From Entomortierella parvispora E1425 (taxonomy: Eukaryota > Fungi > Mortierellomycota), in contig BQFW01000002.1 of the NCBI GenBank assembly GCA_020891255.1, positions 1,488,001 through 1,552,000 on the forward strand: a DNA stretch of 64,000 nucleotides, read 5' to 3'. Positions 1-13,158 of the stretch are shown piece by piece. The notes under the pieces were generated by a model that saw only the letters and a list, made by a program, of their open reading frames with translations, was not told where the DNA came from and ran no database searches. The position numbers and the translations under genes were made by a program. Every line of letters begins with the position of its first letter. Position 1 is the first letter of the stretch.

Positions 1-869
1 AGTGCTCGGCTTCGAGCTCAGTCATTCCAGCCGCTAACTGACCTCGATGAACAAGGCCTCTTTGAGCGGCGCTGGTTGGATTTGATGGGCGAGTTATCTC
101 TCGTCCCTAGAGTTAACCCCATGGAGAATTGTCCTGCCCTGTCGTGGACATTCAACGCGTTTCTAAAGAGGATGGTCGAGCCTGCATCTAGTTCCTCTAA
201 ATCAACATCAGACTCACTGAAGAGGATGGCTGGGGCGGTATCGAGTTCATGTAAATCAACGTCAGGCTCGCTGACGAGGATGGTTGAAGCACTATCTAGC
301 TCTTGAAAAGTGACGTCGCCATCAAGTTCACTGGTTGAGGCAGCTTGTTGTTCCTCCAAATTAGCGACGCCATCAGGTTCGCTGAACAAGATGGTTGAAG
401 CGGCATCTAGCTCCTGTAAATCAGCGTAAGGCTCGTTGAAGAGGATGGTTGAGGCGGCATCTAGCTCTTGTATTGCCTCAATAGGAGGCTCAGATGACGT
501 GACTATTGCATGAGACGAGTCTACTTGGTTGCGGACGTTTGACGATGACCATGCAGACAGTGATGATGGCAATACGGGCGGTGATGACGAGGAGAAAGGA
601 GCGTGGGTCTCCCGCTGAATCTCCTTTATCCAAGAGTCAATGGCCCTGAGGCGATCAGAAAGACAAGCTCGCATTGACGAAGAGGCAGGGTCGATGGTAG
701 GAAGAAAGATGATAAGGACAAGAGGATCAATACCTCGGGCTGACATATATTGATATCCATAGTTTATTTATCGTGGTACCACAGCTGTCAATGAATGTTG
801 GATGCCCATGCACAAACAGAGAAGGGTCTTTGCGAAGGTCTTGCGGCAACAGGAATGTTTCAAATTCCA
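1..869 (-). CDS. Hypothetical protein with 18-aa tandem repeats, probably truncated by the left window edge
   Basis: ATG at 869 (or 930). Exon MEFETFLLPQDLRKDPSLFVHGHP...SP ends at a phase-2 GTATTG donor (733) and joins a CAG acceptor (646) into the 18..746 ORF frame. A further GTCAGT donor at 42 suggests the gene continues off-window. Confidence 0.55.
160..480 (-). repeat. 54-nt coding tandem repeat, about 5 units plus a degenerate spacer; consensus LxELDAASTILFSEPDVD
   Basis: AGGATGG-type cores start at 167, 221, 275, 386 and 440 (54-nt spacing, one 111-nt gap); the repeat is visible in the translation. Confidence 0.85.
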
Positions 870-1604
870 TGTCCACAATAGCCACGGACGCTGGAAAGGG
901 TATCGGCGGCGATGTTGTCCATGCATGCATACGGGTCACTGTGATCGGACAGATCCTTGTGGTAGTCCGTTTCAAAAAGAAAAGAAAGGCACGCAGGTTT
1001 TCATGGACATTGTGGGCATGGCCACAACATCCAGGACCACAGATCTTCCCCTTCTTGAAACCTGCACGCGTCGAAAAAAGCCCGCCTCTGTGGCCCAAAG
1101 ACTTGAAACCCCTCTTCCCTTTTCCTTCTCCGTTTCCAGCGATACGTAGTTGGCGACAGTGGAATGCAAAGACAAGAGAGGAGAAGGATGAAAGGGGAGG
1201 GGAAGAGTACGGCAAGGAAAGGGAGGAGGGAGATACAAGAGAGAGAAATAAGCTGAGAGAAAATCGATGCGAGGTGCAAAGTGGAGGATTGAGGATAATA
1301 AGTACACGAGCTGAACGTTCTTCTATCAGACAGTTGATAGACAGACAGAGACAGACAGAGAGAAACTCGGCAATGCAATGAAATCAAGGAAGGACTCTCA
1401 GTCGCCTATAATCATTTTGAGGAGGAGGACACATGCAAACAGAATTTACTGTAGTGATTCTCCTATGAACAAAGAAGTGCAGGGACGACATGGTGCAAAT
1501 GCAAGGTTCTTGCACGTGGTTGAGTCGGAAAATCACACAAAAGCAAGGAACGCGCACCTTTTCCTCGACTGCATCCATCCATTTCACTACTCTTCATTGC
1601 CATC

Positions 1605-2586
1605 ATGGGCCACAATGACCTTCCTGGCTACTGGGGGCCTTCTACATCCTCCATTGACTGGTGTGAAGGTAATAATGGTTCACCTCGATTCAGCCCTCAA
1701 GCCCTCATCTCATTCTTACCAATAGACACCCACTTTTTTTTTTGTATTTTTTTTTGCCTTAGACAACTATGTCGTGTCGTATTACATCGCCGAGTTCTTC
1801 AACTCCATATCGTCCTTTGCTATGATCATCTTGGGCGAAGCGGCTTGCCACAACATTGGTCGGCTACAGGCCGCTATGGACAAGGACAGCTCAAACTCAA
1901 CTACCAATCTCTTTCGCTACAAACTCGCCTTCCGCACCATCACGATCGTAGGCATCGGCAGTATCCTCTTTCACGGGACGTTGCTACACCACATGCAGAT
2001 GTTGGATGAGGTTCCAATGCTCTATTCAGTCATTGTACTCTTTTTTTGTCTGATTGAGTCGCGTTTCGGTCAACAACCAGCCTGGTTTCCCTATTTATTG
2101 GCGATCCACAGCGTTGTTGTGACAGCCCTGGTGGCGTTTACGGAAGGAAACATTCAATTCTACAGCTTCCATGGATCGTTTGGCTCCCTTGAGATCATCT
2201 CTCTTTTCTTGATCTACAAGGTCTACCAGGCAAGGAAGAAGGAGCACAGAGATGTGAAACGAGTCTTTGAGACAGGCATCGCCATGTACGCGATCGCTGT
2301 CGCTGTCTGGGCAACGGACTTGAACTTTTGTGAAAAGCCCCTGGCGCCATGGCTCTGGGGTGCTCAAGATCGGAAGGGGGACTCAGACCACAGCCTTTGG
2401 ATCGTCAAGCACCTATATCTCCATGCACTTTGGCACGTCTTGGTCAGTCTTGGCCTTTACATGCTGTCGACTGTGATCTTACTCGACGGTTTAATTGTCC
2501 AAGGATGGCAACCAAAGATCGAATGGCAGGGAGCAGGATTACTGCCCATCACAACCGTAGTAGGACGCTTGAAGAAGAATGAGTAG
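1605..2586 (+). CDS. YPC1: Alkaline ceramidase (ACER3/Ypc1/Ydc1 family, CREST superfamily), 2 exons
   Basis: Intron 1669-1762. Spliced N-terminus GYWGPSTSSIDWCEDNY..EFFNSIS; also GIGSILFHGTL, QMLDEVPM and HALWH motifs, with multiple hydrophobic helices. Confidence 0.93.
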
Positions 2587-3039
2587 ACCCAAAAACTCGT
2601 CGCAGCCCGCGATCGAGAGGCGAAGAGTGCGCACAAAGAGTCGGCGTCCAATAAAATTACAAGTGCTTAGCCCAGAAGTGTAGAACCATAGGAAGTATCT
2701 AGACGCGTTGGAGGATGATGCTGCAAGGGATACATTAGCAGACGATATCCTGCAATGATGAGCGTGAACTTAGCTGTCAGTGATAGGTCCCACGTCATAC
2801 ACGGTGCGTTTTAACGGCAGTCATGGTGATGTGGAGGCATGGACTCACAATACCCACATGTCAACCCAGCTCACTTCCTCGAGTGGCGTACAGGACGCTA
2901 AAGTCGAACAAGAGGGACAACATTCATCTCCTTCTTTTCTCTCTCCAATCGCACATTTCTCATTCGCATTCGCATTCCACATTCGCCTTTTCCATTATTG
3001 TCGCATTTGTCGTAAATCGGAGTCGCACTTATTATTGAT

Positions 3040-4415
3040 ATGCCCACGAAACATATCGTCATTGTTGGCGGATCATACGGAGGAGTTGCCTGTGCGAACA
3101 CACTGCAAAAGGCCCTCGATCCTCGCTTGGATGCAACCATTACCTTGATCGACAGGTAAGCAGACACGGCCGTGAACGTCCCGTTGTTGCCATCTCCGCT
3201 CTTTTTTATTAACTGCTTTTTTTTTTCTCGAATCTACTGTGTCTTTGCAGCCGCGACGCCCGTTATCACTGTATTGCTTCCTACCGTGCTCTGGTTCAAA
3301 AAGACTATGCAAAAAACCTTTGGATTCCATACACGAACTTGTTCCCGAAGAATTCTCCTCACAGAGTCATTCAGGGCGTCGTCAGTGGTGTTTATCATGA
3401 CCATGTGATCCTTTCCACAAACTCAGAGTCTTCTACTTCGAGGATCGATTTCGACTACTTGGTCATTGCAACAGGATCCATGGTTCCTTCTCCCTCGAAA
3501 TGGAAGGTAAAAGACTCTGCCGAGGGCAGGAGGCTTCTGGACAAGGCTCGAGAGGACGTGGAACACTCTCAGAGTATTGTCGTCATCGGGGGCGGCGCCT
3601 GTGGAACAGAGCTGGCAGGAGAGTTGAAGTACGCGTATCCGGCCAAGAAGGTGACTCTTATCCATGGAGGGGCGTCGCTCGTGGACTACCCAAAGTTCCC
3701 ACAGAGCTTTAAGGATGAAGCTAAGCGATATCTGGAAAAACAAGGAGTGGAAGTTATCTTGAACGAGCAGGTCGAGGTTCAAGGGCTGACAAGGGAGAAC
3801 TCAATTCAGAAGGCAGACCGAACCATTGTTCTCAAAAACACGGATAGAAGCATCCGAAGCGACCTTCAATTCCTATCTATTGGACAGCAGGCTCAAACTG
3901 AACTGCTGTCCACGCTTCAGTTGCCTTCTACCGAAGTTGCGAGTGTAGATGGTTCCCACAAAGATAACGGGTTCAAGGTCGAGTCGCTGCTGGATCCAAA
4001 AACGAAAGCCATCCGAGTTCGATCAACGTTGCAATTGGACCATGCTGCATTCTTAAACATCTTTGCTATTGGAGATGCCTCTAACGCAGACCCAGTCCCG
4101 ACCGCCATGGCTGCTGTCGCCGGCGGAGAGACTTCAGCACGAAATATCATGAAGTTGATCAAGAAAGCGAGACGATCCGAAGCAGGGGAAAGAGAGCCGC
4201 AAGAGCACGATGGCTTCCATTGTCACTCCTGGTCCAAGCTGGAGGATTACAGACACATTCAGACGTTAATGATCTTGGCCATGAATCCGTCCGGTGGAGT
4301 CTGCCAGCTGCCTGTGCTAGGAACTTGGTTTGGAAACCTAGGTGCGTGGCTGGTCAAGAGCGGTGACCTGTTTTCTGGTCGGTTCTGGCGAGAGATGAAC
4401 ATGCCGAGGAGATAG
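3040..4415 (+). CDS. AIFM2: AIFM2/FSP1 (AMID)-like FAD/NAD(P)H oxidoreductase, copy A
   Basis: Intron 3156-3250. Motifs IVIVGGSYGG, DYLVIATG, VIGGGACGTELAGE and IFAIGD. Confidence 0.88.
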
Positions 4416-5162
4416 AATCTGTAGACGACTGCTTGTGTCCTCCTCACTTCTCTGCTGGTGGTATGGTTCGCAATAAACTCGTTAACACAATAGACCTCTC
4501 TTTGTTGGACAGGCATACGTGGCCTGCAGGTCGATCGCTTTTTTGACAGGACGGAGCCTAATTACTCAGACGGTGGCGCCTCGTTGCTCTTTGCAAAAGC
4601 CACCGTGCCATCGTCGCTGTAATGTGAAGCGCGTGCCAGGATACTGCCGCAAATGGCGTGCGGAGCAGAGGAAGTAGAAGAAGGAGAGTGGGTGGAGGCG
4701 ATAGATGCTTATATTGGTCCCTTTACTGCGAGCGAAGCCATGATTCATCCCTTGCAAAGAGAGAGAGGCCAGATTCCTTGGACCACAACAGATCACAAAT
4801 CGTCTTTGAAACAACTTTGCCGGCCAGCAATCAACTTTCCAGTCAGCCAATGAGCGCGCTTCTCTCCACGGCAAGAAAGCAGTTTTCGAGTGTCAGGAAT
4901 TGGGTTGTGCGATTTGTCAATTCGGTGCAGACACCTGGGCCCCGATTGCACCTTTTCATCTTCCTTGTCCATCTGCCCGCGCTGACTGTGACAAAGCCAG
5001 CGTATGTGTCTGTGTCCACAGATGCAGAGCCTGGTCCCTGCTTCTCCTCTAGTGTTTAAATACTGGACTCCGCCCGCCGGACATTTAGAACTTCATTGAC
5101 TTTCTTTCTTTCTCTTTCATTATCACAGTCGCAGTCCTCGCAATACACACAACAAAAAAACA

Positions 5163-6480
5163 ATGTCTTCTTCTCCCATCAAAGTCGTCGTCGTCGGCGG
5201 ATCTTACGCTGGAGTCAATGTCATCAACGGCCTTTTGTCCTCCTCCAAAAAAACCCTCCAGATCACCTTAGTTGAGAGGTAAAAAAGAGTACATGAATAT
5301 GTACTTCGCTTGCACTGGTTTTACCACAATCTTTTCTGTAGTTGCTGACTCTTCCCTTCTGATCGCGATTTACTCTCTCAGAAACGAAGCTCGTCATCAC
5401 AGCGTGGGAGCCTTCCGTGCTTTGGTAGATGCCGAGTATGGTGACAAAATCTGGGTCCCCTACACTAGCTTGTTCCCTAAAGGTTCGTCCCATAAGATCA
5501 TTCGCGACACTTTGGCGGAGGTCCATGATCACCATGTAGTCCTTTCCTCAGGCGTGTCTGTTCAGTTTGACTATTTGGTTCTCTGTACCGGGTCCCGAAA
5601 CCCTGCTCCCGCCAAGTTTGGCCATGTGGCTTCGACCGCGGATGCTGTCGCCATCACGAACAAAGCTCGTGCTGAGCTTTCCAAGAGCAAATCTGTTCTC
5701 ATTGTTGGAGGTGGTGCCTGTGGTGTTGAGCTTGCTGGTGAGATCAAGACTGCCTTCCCAGACAAGAAAGTCACTTTGATCCAGGCCACCTCAGGTTTGG
5801 TGGATTATCCCGGCTTCTCTCAGGCTTTTGGTACTTCTGCCCAGAAGCACCTTCAGAACTTGGGCGTGGACGTGGTTTTGAATGAACGTCCTACGATCGA
5901 GGGATTGAACCTTGATAATCCTGTCCAAGCATCTCCCGTCACCCTCCGCACCAAGGACGGCAAGACCATCGAGTCAGACTTGCAGTTCCTGTCTGTTGGT
6001 ATCGTCGTTGATACTTCCTACATCTCTACGCTCAAGCCTGTCGGCGTGGCTAACTTTGATTCAAAGTCTTTGGTCGATGCTGACCGACATGTTCTCAAAA
6101 TCAAAGATACCATGCAGTTGGCCGATCCCAACTTCCCCCATATCTTTGCTGTGGGCGACTGCACCAACTTCTCGGAGGTTCCAACGGCTGCCGCTTGTAA
6201 ATTCACTGGAGCCACAGCGGCCAAGAACTTGTTGCAATTGATCAATCTCTCCTCCACCAACTCACCTTCGGTCCTGGAGGTCCAAGCCGCAGAGAAGAAG
6301 GCTAAGCTTGGAAAGGGCTCTATGCCCGGGGGCATGATGGTGTTGGCCACAGGCCCCACCACTGGAGTTTCCTCTTTGCCCCTCTTCGGCACTCGATTCG
6401 GCAGCTTTTTCGCAAGAATGTTGAAGTCCAAGGATCTCATGATCGGTGGTGTGTTCTCGGACATGAGGATCGCCAAGTAA
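5163..6480 (+). CDS. AIFM2: AIFM2/FSP1 (AMID)-like oxidoreductase, copy B (tandem paralog)
   Basis: Intron 5279-5381 at the same phase-2 position as copy A. Motifs VVVGGSYAG, DYLVLCTG, IVGGGACGVELAGE and IFAVGD. Confidence 0.88.
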
Positions 6481-6830
6481 CAAAAATCTCCCAAACAACA
6501 AAATACGAGGAACAACGAACTTTGTACTCACATCTCCACTCACAAAGCATATCCATCACATCGAAAAGTTTCTCGTTCAAGTTCAATGCTGTCCATACCA
6601 TTTCGTAATCAACCATAATAAAAACCTGTCGAGAGCTAAACATCTGTAACTTTCAAATCCATGAAGGGGTACCGAACACTCTTTTTCGGGTATTTCTGGC
6701 TCCAAAGAATAATAATACTAAAAAAAAAAATCTCGCCGCAAGTTTTTGATATCGATTTATTGTTCTCTTTCGTTCTCCATGCTATGGGAATGCAGGGTAA
6801 AACAGAAAAAAAATACACGTCCACCCTAAT

Positions 6831-8244
<1,414 letters not shown>

Positions 8245-8542
8245 GATTGAAGATGATTTTTGAAGAGGGAGAACAGCGGCACAAGGCGCAGCCCTGCCTT
8301 TAATAATTCCCCTCCGGGCTTGAAATTCATCACGTGAGTTTTCGATGAGGCTGCGGCCCTCCGCTGCTGTGCGGCCTGTGCCCATGCCAGTTCCTTCAGC
8401 CCTCGTTCATTCTTCCAGTCCCTTCATTCCTTCATTCCTCCATCCCTCTCATCCACCTTCGTCTGTATAGTCAATCAGTTCACTTGCTTGGACTTTTGCA
8501 TTTCCACTCGACCTCCCTTCGTCATTTCTACGACGACAGCTG
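8245..8542. promoter_or_regulatory. Short divergent intergenic region shared by RPS23 and the BRF-like gene
   Basis: 298 nt between head-to-head ATGs. Contains palindromic TCACGTGA (8330-8337), GATGAG (8344-8349) and a pyrimidine-rich tract. Confidence 0.6.
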
Positions 8543-10693
8543 ATGCCCTCCTCGAAGGGTTCGACGACAGAAATCTCGCTTCACGCCACCAACTTGAAAG
8601 ACAATGCCATCCATATCCCCGCCAATGAATCCATCATGAAGCCAAGAACAGCCTGCGAAAGCTGTGGCGGAAATAATGTCGAGGTGCATCATGGAGAGCT
8701 TGTCTGTACAGGCTGTGGTACAATCCTGGAAAGGAGTGTGCTCGTAAATACCGATCTAGGACTCACGCAGGTGAACGTTGTTGGGCGGGACCGAAATGCC
8801 AACCGCCGACAGTTGGCTCAGGTTGCGTACGGTGGTGCTGGGAAGAAGCTCGAAGTCGCCAGAGCGGCTCGTTTCCAACGGACGATGATGGTAGAGAGTC
8901 TTCTCGGTACTGTAGCCTTTTCGATTGGATTAGGAGAGAACGACGTCAAGCGTGCGCTTTATCTGTGGGGGCATCTTCCTGTGCCCACATCCGGTGGAAA
9001 GGAGCGGAGGGTGACTCGCAGGGCGCTAGCCTGTCTCTATCTGTGCTCCAAGGAATCGAAAAAGGGCGTTACTCTTGTCGAAATAGCCGCCCGCCTGTCG
9101 ATAGACCTGTTCAAGCTTGGTGCAGAATACAAGAGGATCAAAGCTGAGCTGGCCAACAAAAGGATCATCGACTACTCTCACCCTTGCTTTTTTACCGAAG
9201 ATGACATTTGGATCCTTTTGGACAGGATTATGATCATTGGCTCTGCTGCTTCTATCCAGAGAGGCGATTCGGATCGTCTAACGCCACAGCTCAAGGAAGC
9301 GCTTGGAATCAATGCCGAGGATCGAGCTGATCGTCTGCGCAAGATATGGTCCTCTTCCCAAAAATGTCTGAAGATCGCTATGGATGCTGGTCTTGCCACT
9401 GGTCGTCGATCACAGGCAGTAGTTGCAGCCTGTCTGATGATGACTATACAGATCCAGCTTCAGCTCACTGAGTGCCCCAAGTGCCTAGTGGAATTTGTGT
9501 GTCAATTGTTCAGCATTCCTGAGCATACAGCAGCTGCCCGATACAAAGAGCTGCAGAGCTGCATGTTATCATGGGCTCGCCGACTTCCATTTATCCCACA
9601 TTCAAAAAAGATCACTGGCTCTCGACTGGTCTACTACCTGGAGGACGTCTTGCGACATTTCGGACATTTAGATGAACTCAACAAGAATCTCTGGGGATTG
9701 CTGGACAATCCGATTTGCGACGATTCGGATCAAGAGGATGGTGATCAGGATGAGAGTGACGATGGGCAGCATAGAGCCGACGACCAGGCTCCAGTTTCAA
9801 GCAGTTCTCTTTCTAGTGAAGGCCTAAACTCAAACGGGAGTTGTGTCACACAGTCAAGCGAGTCCAGTATTGTGCCCATAGACAACGACTCTTCGCACAA
9901 CAACAGTTCAAGATGTACTTCCATCGACGAGTCATCGTTTGAGCCAGTTTACCCGCCTTCTTTCGTTGCCAACCAAAAACGGCGTCATAACCAGGCAAGC
10001 TTGATTGGGATTGCAAAAGAGCAGATGCCCAACGACAAGGTGCGATACTACGACCAAAAACGTCTGGACTGGATTAAATGCCTTTTGAAGCAAGGAGCAA
10101 GGTCAGAACAGGATATTATATCTGCCTCCGACACGAGCCTCGCCAGATGGTGTGCAGAGTACGAATTAGAAGCCTCTGGAATTACTCGATCCAAGCCATC
10201 TCCGCAAGAGCTGGACTCATGCGACCTTTCGGAGCGGGATCTTCCAGAGGAGGAGCTAGGGCTCTATTTGAGAAGCGAGCAAGAAAGAAAGACGTTATGG
10301 AGAGTTGTTGCCCCGGATTACCTTGAGTCTGAGAAGCGCGCCGAAGAAAACAAAGAAAAAAAAACTGCCGCCCAGGAGCGTAGGATTCAACGAAAGCGTC
10401 TGACCCAGAGTCAATCCGCTGAAGGTCAGCATAGCGTCAAGAGAGCTCGATCATCAAAGCTCTGCTGGGACGCAATTTCGGATACAGAGGATGCTGGAAT
10501 TAAGGACGGTGCCCACCAACCGAGCACAACTGGCACCTCGTTGGACAACACTGTGGGGCATTTGGATGCTGGCAGCTGCAAAGATCCATTTGAACAGCGG
10601 CTGGATTACATCGTTGAGCGCGATTACGGGTGCGGATACGGAAATGAGGATGACTATGAGGAGGAAGGAGAGGAGGAGGCAGACTATTATTGA
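8543..10693 (+). CDS. TFIIB-related factor of the BRF family (BRF2-like), intronless, 716 aa
   Basis: Zn ribbon CESC..CTGC; two cyclin-fold-like repeats (LACLYLCSKE; LATGRRSQAVVAAC); acidic C-terminal segment DLPEEELGLYLRSEQE resembling the BRF TBP-binding region. Confidence 0.8.
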   Translation: MPSSKGSTTEISLHATNLKDNAIHIPANESIMKPRTACESCGGNNVEVHHGELVCTGCGTILERSVLVNTDLGLTQVNVVGRDRNANRRQLAQVAYGGAGKKLEVARAARFQRTMMVESLLGTVAFSIGLGENDVKRALYLWGHLPVPTSGGKERRVTRRALACLYLCSKESKKGVTLVEIAARLSIDLFKLGAEYKRIKAELANKRIIDYSHPCFFTEDDIWILLDRIMIIGSAASIQRGDSDRLTPQLKEALGINAEDRADRLRKIWSSSQKCLKIAMDAGLATGRRSQAVVAACLMMTIQIQLQLTECPKCLVEFVCQLFSIPEHTAAARYKELQSCMLSWARRLPFIPHSKKITGSRLVYYLEDVLRHFGHLDELNKNLWGLLDNPICDDSDQEDGDQDESDDGQHRADDQAPVSSSSLSSEGLNSNGSCVTQSSESSIVPIDNDSSHNNSSRCTSIDESSFEPVYPPSFVANQKRRHNQASLIGIAKEQMPNDKVRYYDQKRLDWIKCLLKQGARSEQDIISASDTSLARWCAEYELEASGITRSKPSPQELDSCDLSERDLPEEELGLYLRSEQERKTLWRVVAPDYLESEKRAEENKEKKTAAQERRIQRKRLTQSQSAEGQHSVKRARSSKLCWDAISDTEDAGIKDGAHQPSTTGTSLDNTVGHLDAGSCKDPFEQRLDYIVERDYGCGYGNEDDYEEEGEEEADYY

Positions 10694-11256
10694 GAAACGC
10701 GTTCCTGGCATTGCCGTTGTATAGTAATAAGAAAATTGTATATTGTATCATGAAGCACAAACTCGCCTGCCAAGCACCGTTGCCCGTCCCTCCGTATGCT
10801 TAGTCGCTGTGTCACCATCGCAACGTTACAAAGGATCGGCCCACGACCTTCTCTTCACGTGCTGCAGGTGCTCACACGTCTCTCACCCCGGTCGCCTGGG
10901 TGATTGTTTTCGTGCATTAAGGCCGTGTGGGTCGGGTTGTCCTTCTGTCCTTCCTTTTTCGCTCCTCTTCCTCTTGTCGTTCCTTCTCCCTTTCTTCTCC
11001 CTTTCTTCTCCCCTTGTCTTCTAATCCTTTCCGTGCTTGGGTGGTCATCGCGCTCATTCCATCCTATTCTTCTGCTCCATCGCATCCGTTCCAGTCCCGC
11101 CTGCATCTCTTTCATCTCTTGTAGCCCATTCCAGGGTCCAAAACCCCGTCCGGCCCTTCCTCAACTCACCTTCTCCACATATCCTTCCCAGAAGATAACA
11201 AAAAAGAAGATTATATACCCTCACTGTCACCTCTCCGTTGAGCAGCAATAACGATC

Positions 11257-12892
11257 ATGACCAACACACAGTCCAAACTGGCTCTTTACCAAACACTGGT
11301 CCCACGAAAGTACATCACCGGGCTCAAATTGCAGCTGCAGCGGACTCTTTTGATCGGTCTCTCGTTGCTCAAGACCCATCGACGCAAGGCCATCCTGCTT
11401 TCCTTAGGACCCTCCACGATCCTCAAGTTGATTACTGTGATTCTGCCTATCATCAAGATCTTGCCTCCGACGATCAAGGCCATCAGAGCATTGAGTTACT
11501 TTAGTGGAGGCAGCAGCAGAAATAGTGGCAACAACACAACGCATGCAGGAGGCAACAGCGGCATCAATGCAGGAACAGGAGCCTCAGGATCAATGATCGA
11601 CGGCTTCGGATTGAGCATGGATGAACTCTGTGAGATCACCTGGACACCAGCAGAGGAGATGTATTGGGAGCGCGTCAATGCCATGGTCACTCGGTATGGA
11701 CTGTGCAAGACTCTGGGCGTTACCCTGGCAGGAGTCAAACCTGGAAGGGTCGAGGTCATCATGCCATTCAGGGCCGAAGTCTCGGGTGAAGGCGGCGCTT
11801 TTCATGGTAAGAGCACCAACGACGGAAAGGCGAAAACAACCAAAGTCCCCTTTCTGTGTCTCTAAAATACGGAATTTTCAGCATCATACTTACTCGAGCG
11901 CTTTTCCTCTTGTTTTTATATTCGGCTTCTGACTCATAGCAAGCTTGCTGCCAACATTGGTGGCCTTGACAAGTCAGTTGACAGGATTGACGCTTCTGCC
12001 CCGCCATTTCACGCTCAAGCCCATTGACTTTAAATGCAACATTCTCTCGGACTGTGACGAATCCACATATCTCTTGGTCGCCCGAGGCGCGGTCGTGGTC
12101 CGAGGTGATCATAGTATCACAATCAAGATTGAAGTTTTGAAGGCCAGTGGACTTGTCCCAGGATCGACCAAAGAGGTGTCACCGTCAGCCAATGTTGGAC
12201 CTTCGTTCTTTTCATGGAAGAGCTGGGTTGGTAACACATCGACAACCTCAACAACGGTCGCCAACAACAACAACAGTAATGCAGCGGATATTCTTGTACC
12301 CGGTACAGGGATTGAGAGTAGTCAATTGATCGTGTGCGCTTCAGGAATGCAGACCAGTGTGATTGTTCGTGCAGGCACGGACCCACTTGGAGAAGAGGAG
12401 AGGGAGATGGGTCGATTGAGACGGGAGCGGGAGCTGAGATTGAGGACCTCGGCTTCGTCCTCGTCAGCGTCCTTAGCACGCGTGCCCTCGAGCGCCTCTG
12501 CTCGCCATTCACATGAGGACGAGGAGGATGCAATTGTTTTGGGAGACAGTTTCCAAAACGTTTCTTTGCTTTCAAATTTGGTCCGACCCCTTTCTTCAAG
12601 ACCTTTGTCTCCAACATCACCCACACCGGCAGTATCCGCAACAGCATCAATGCCAGTAGCCGCTGTAGCGGCCACTCGCTCTCTGGATAGTTCAGTGTAC
12701 GACATGGTATCCCCTTCCACCTCTTCATCGATACTGAAAGAGTCCAAGGAGTCAAATGACCATCTTGCTACAGCTTCAACGACGACATCGACTCTTTCTT
12801 ACGCATCAGCGGTTCGCTATGGTATCGAACATGAGGGCCATGAGCACCCAGTATATGAGGAGACCAGTGATACGGAGGCATGGCAACGGTAA
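11257..12892 (+). CDS. HotDog-fold (PaaI/thioesterase-like) protein with hydrophobic N-terminus and Ser-rich tail, 2 exons
   Basis: Intron 11807-11939 joins the ORFs in frame. Pattern LGVTLAGVKPGRVEVIMPF...GAFHA...IDFKCNIL...ARGAVVVRG is HotDog-like. Confidence 0.6.
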
Positions 12893-13158
12893 ATCATAAT
12901 AAAAAAAAGCTATTTACATTTTTTCTGTTGAAATATTGGTTTGTTATTTTGAAAAAAAGTGCGATTCGTTCCATGTGGAAGAGACAGGGAACAAAAGGTG
13001 CAAGAAAAAACACATATTAAAAGAATATTATAAGGTAGAGACTAGTTGGTTGGAGAAAAATAAAGCTGAAAGAAAGGGTATCAAGGGCAGGAACACAGAA
13101 TAAAGAATAAAAAAATGGTTGAGGGGTGCTGTCATTCATGCAGCAGGGGTAAAGCTCT

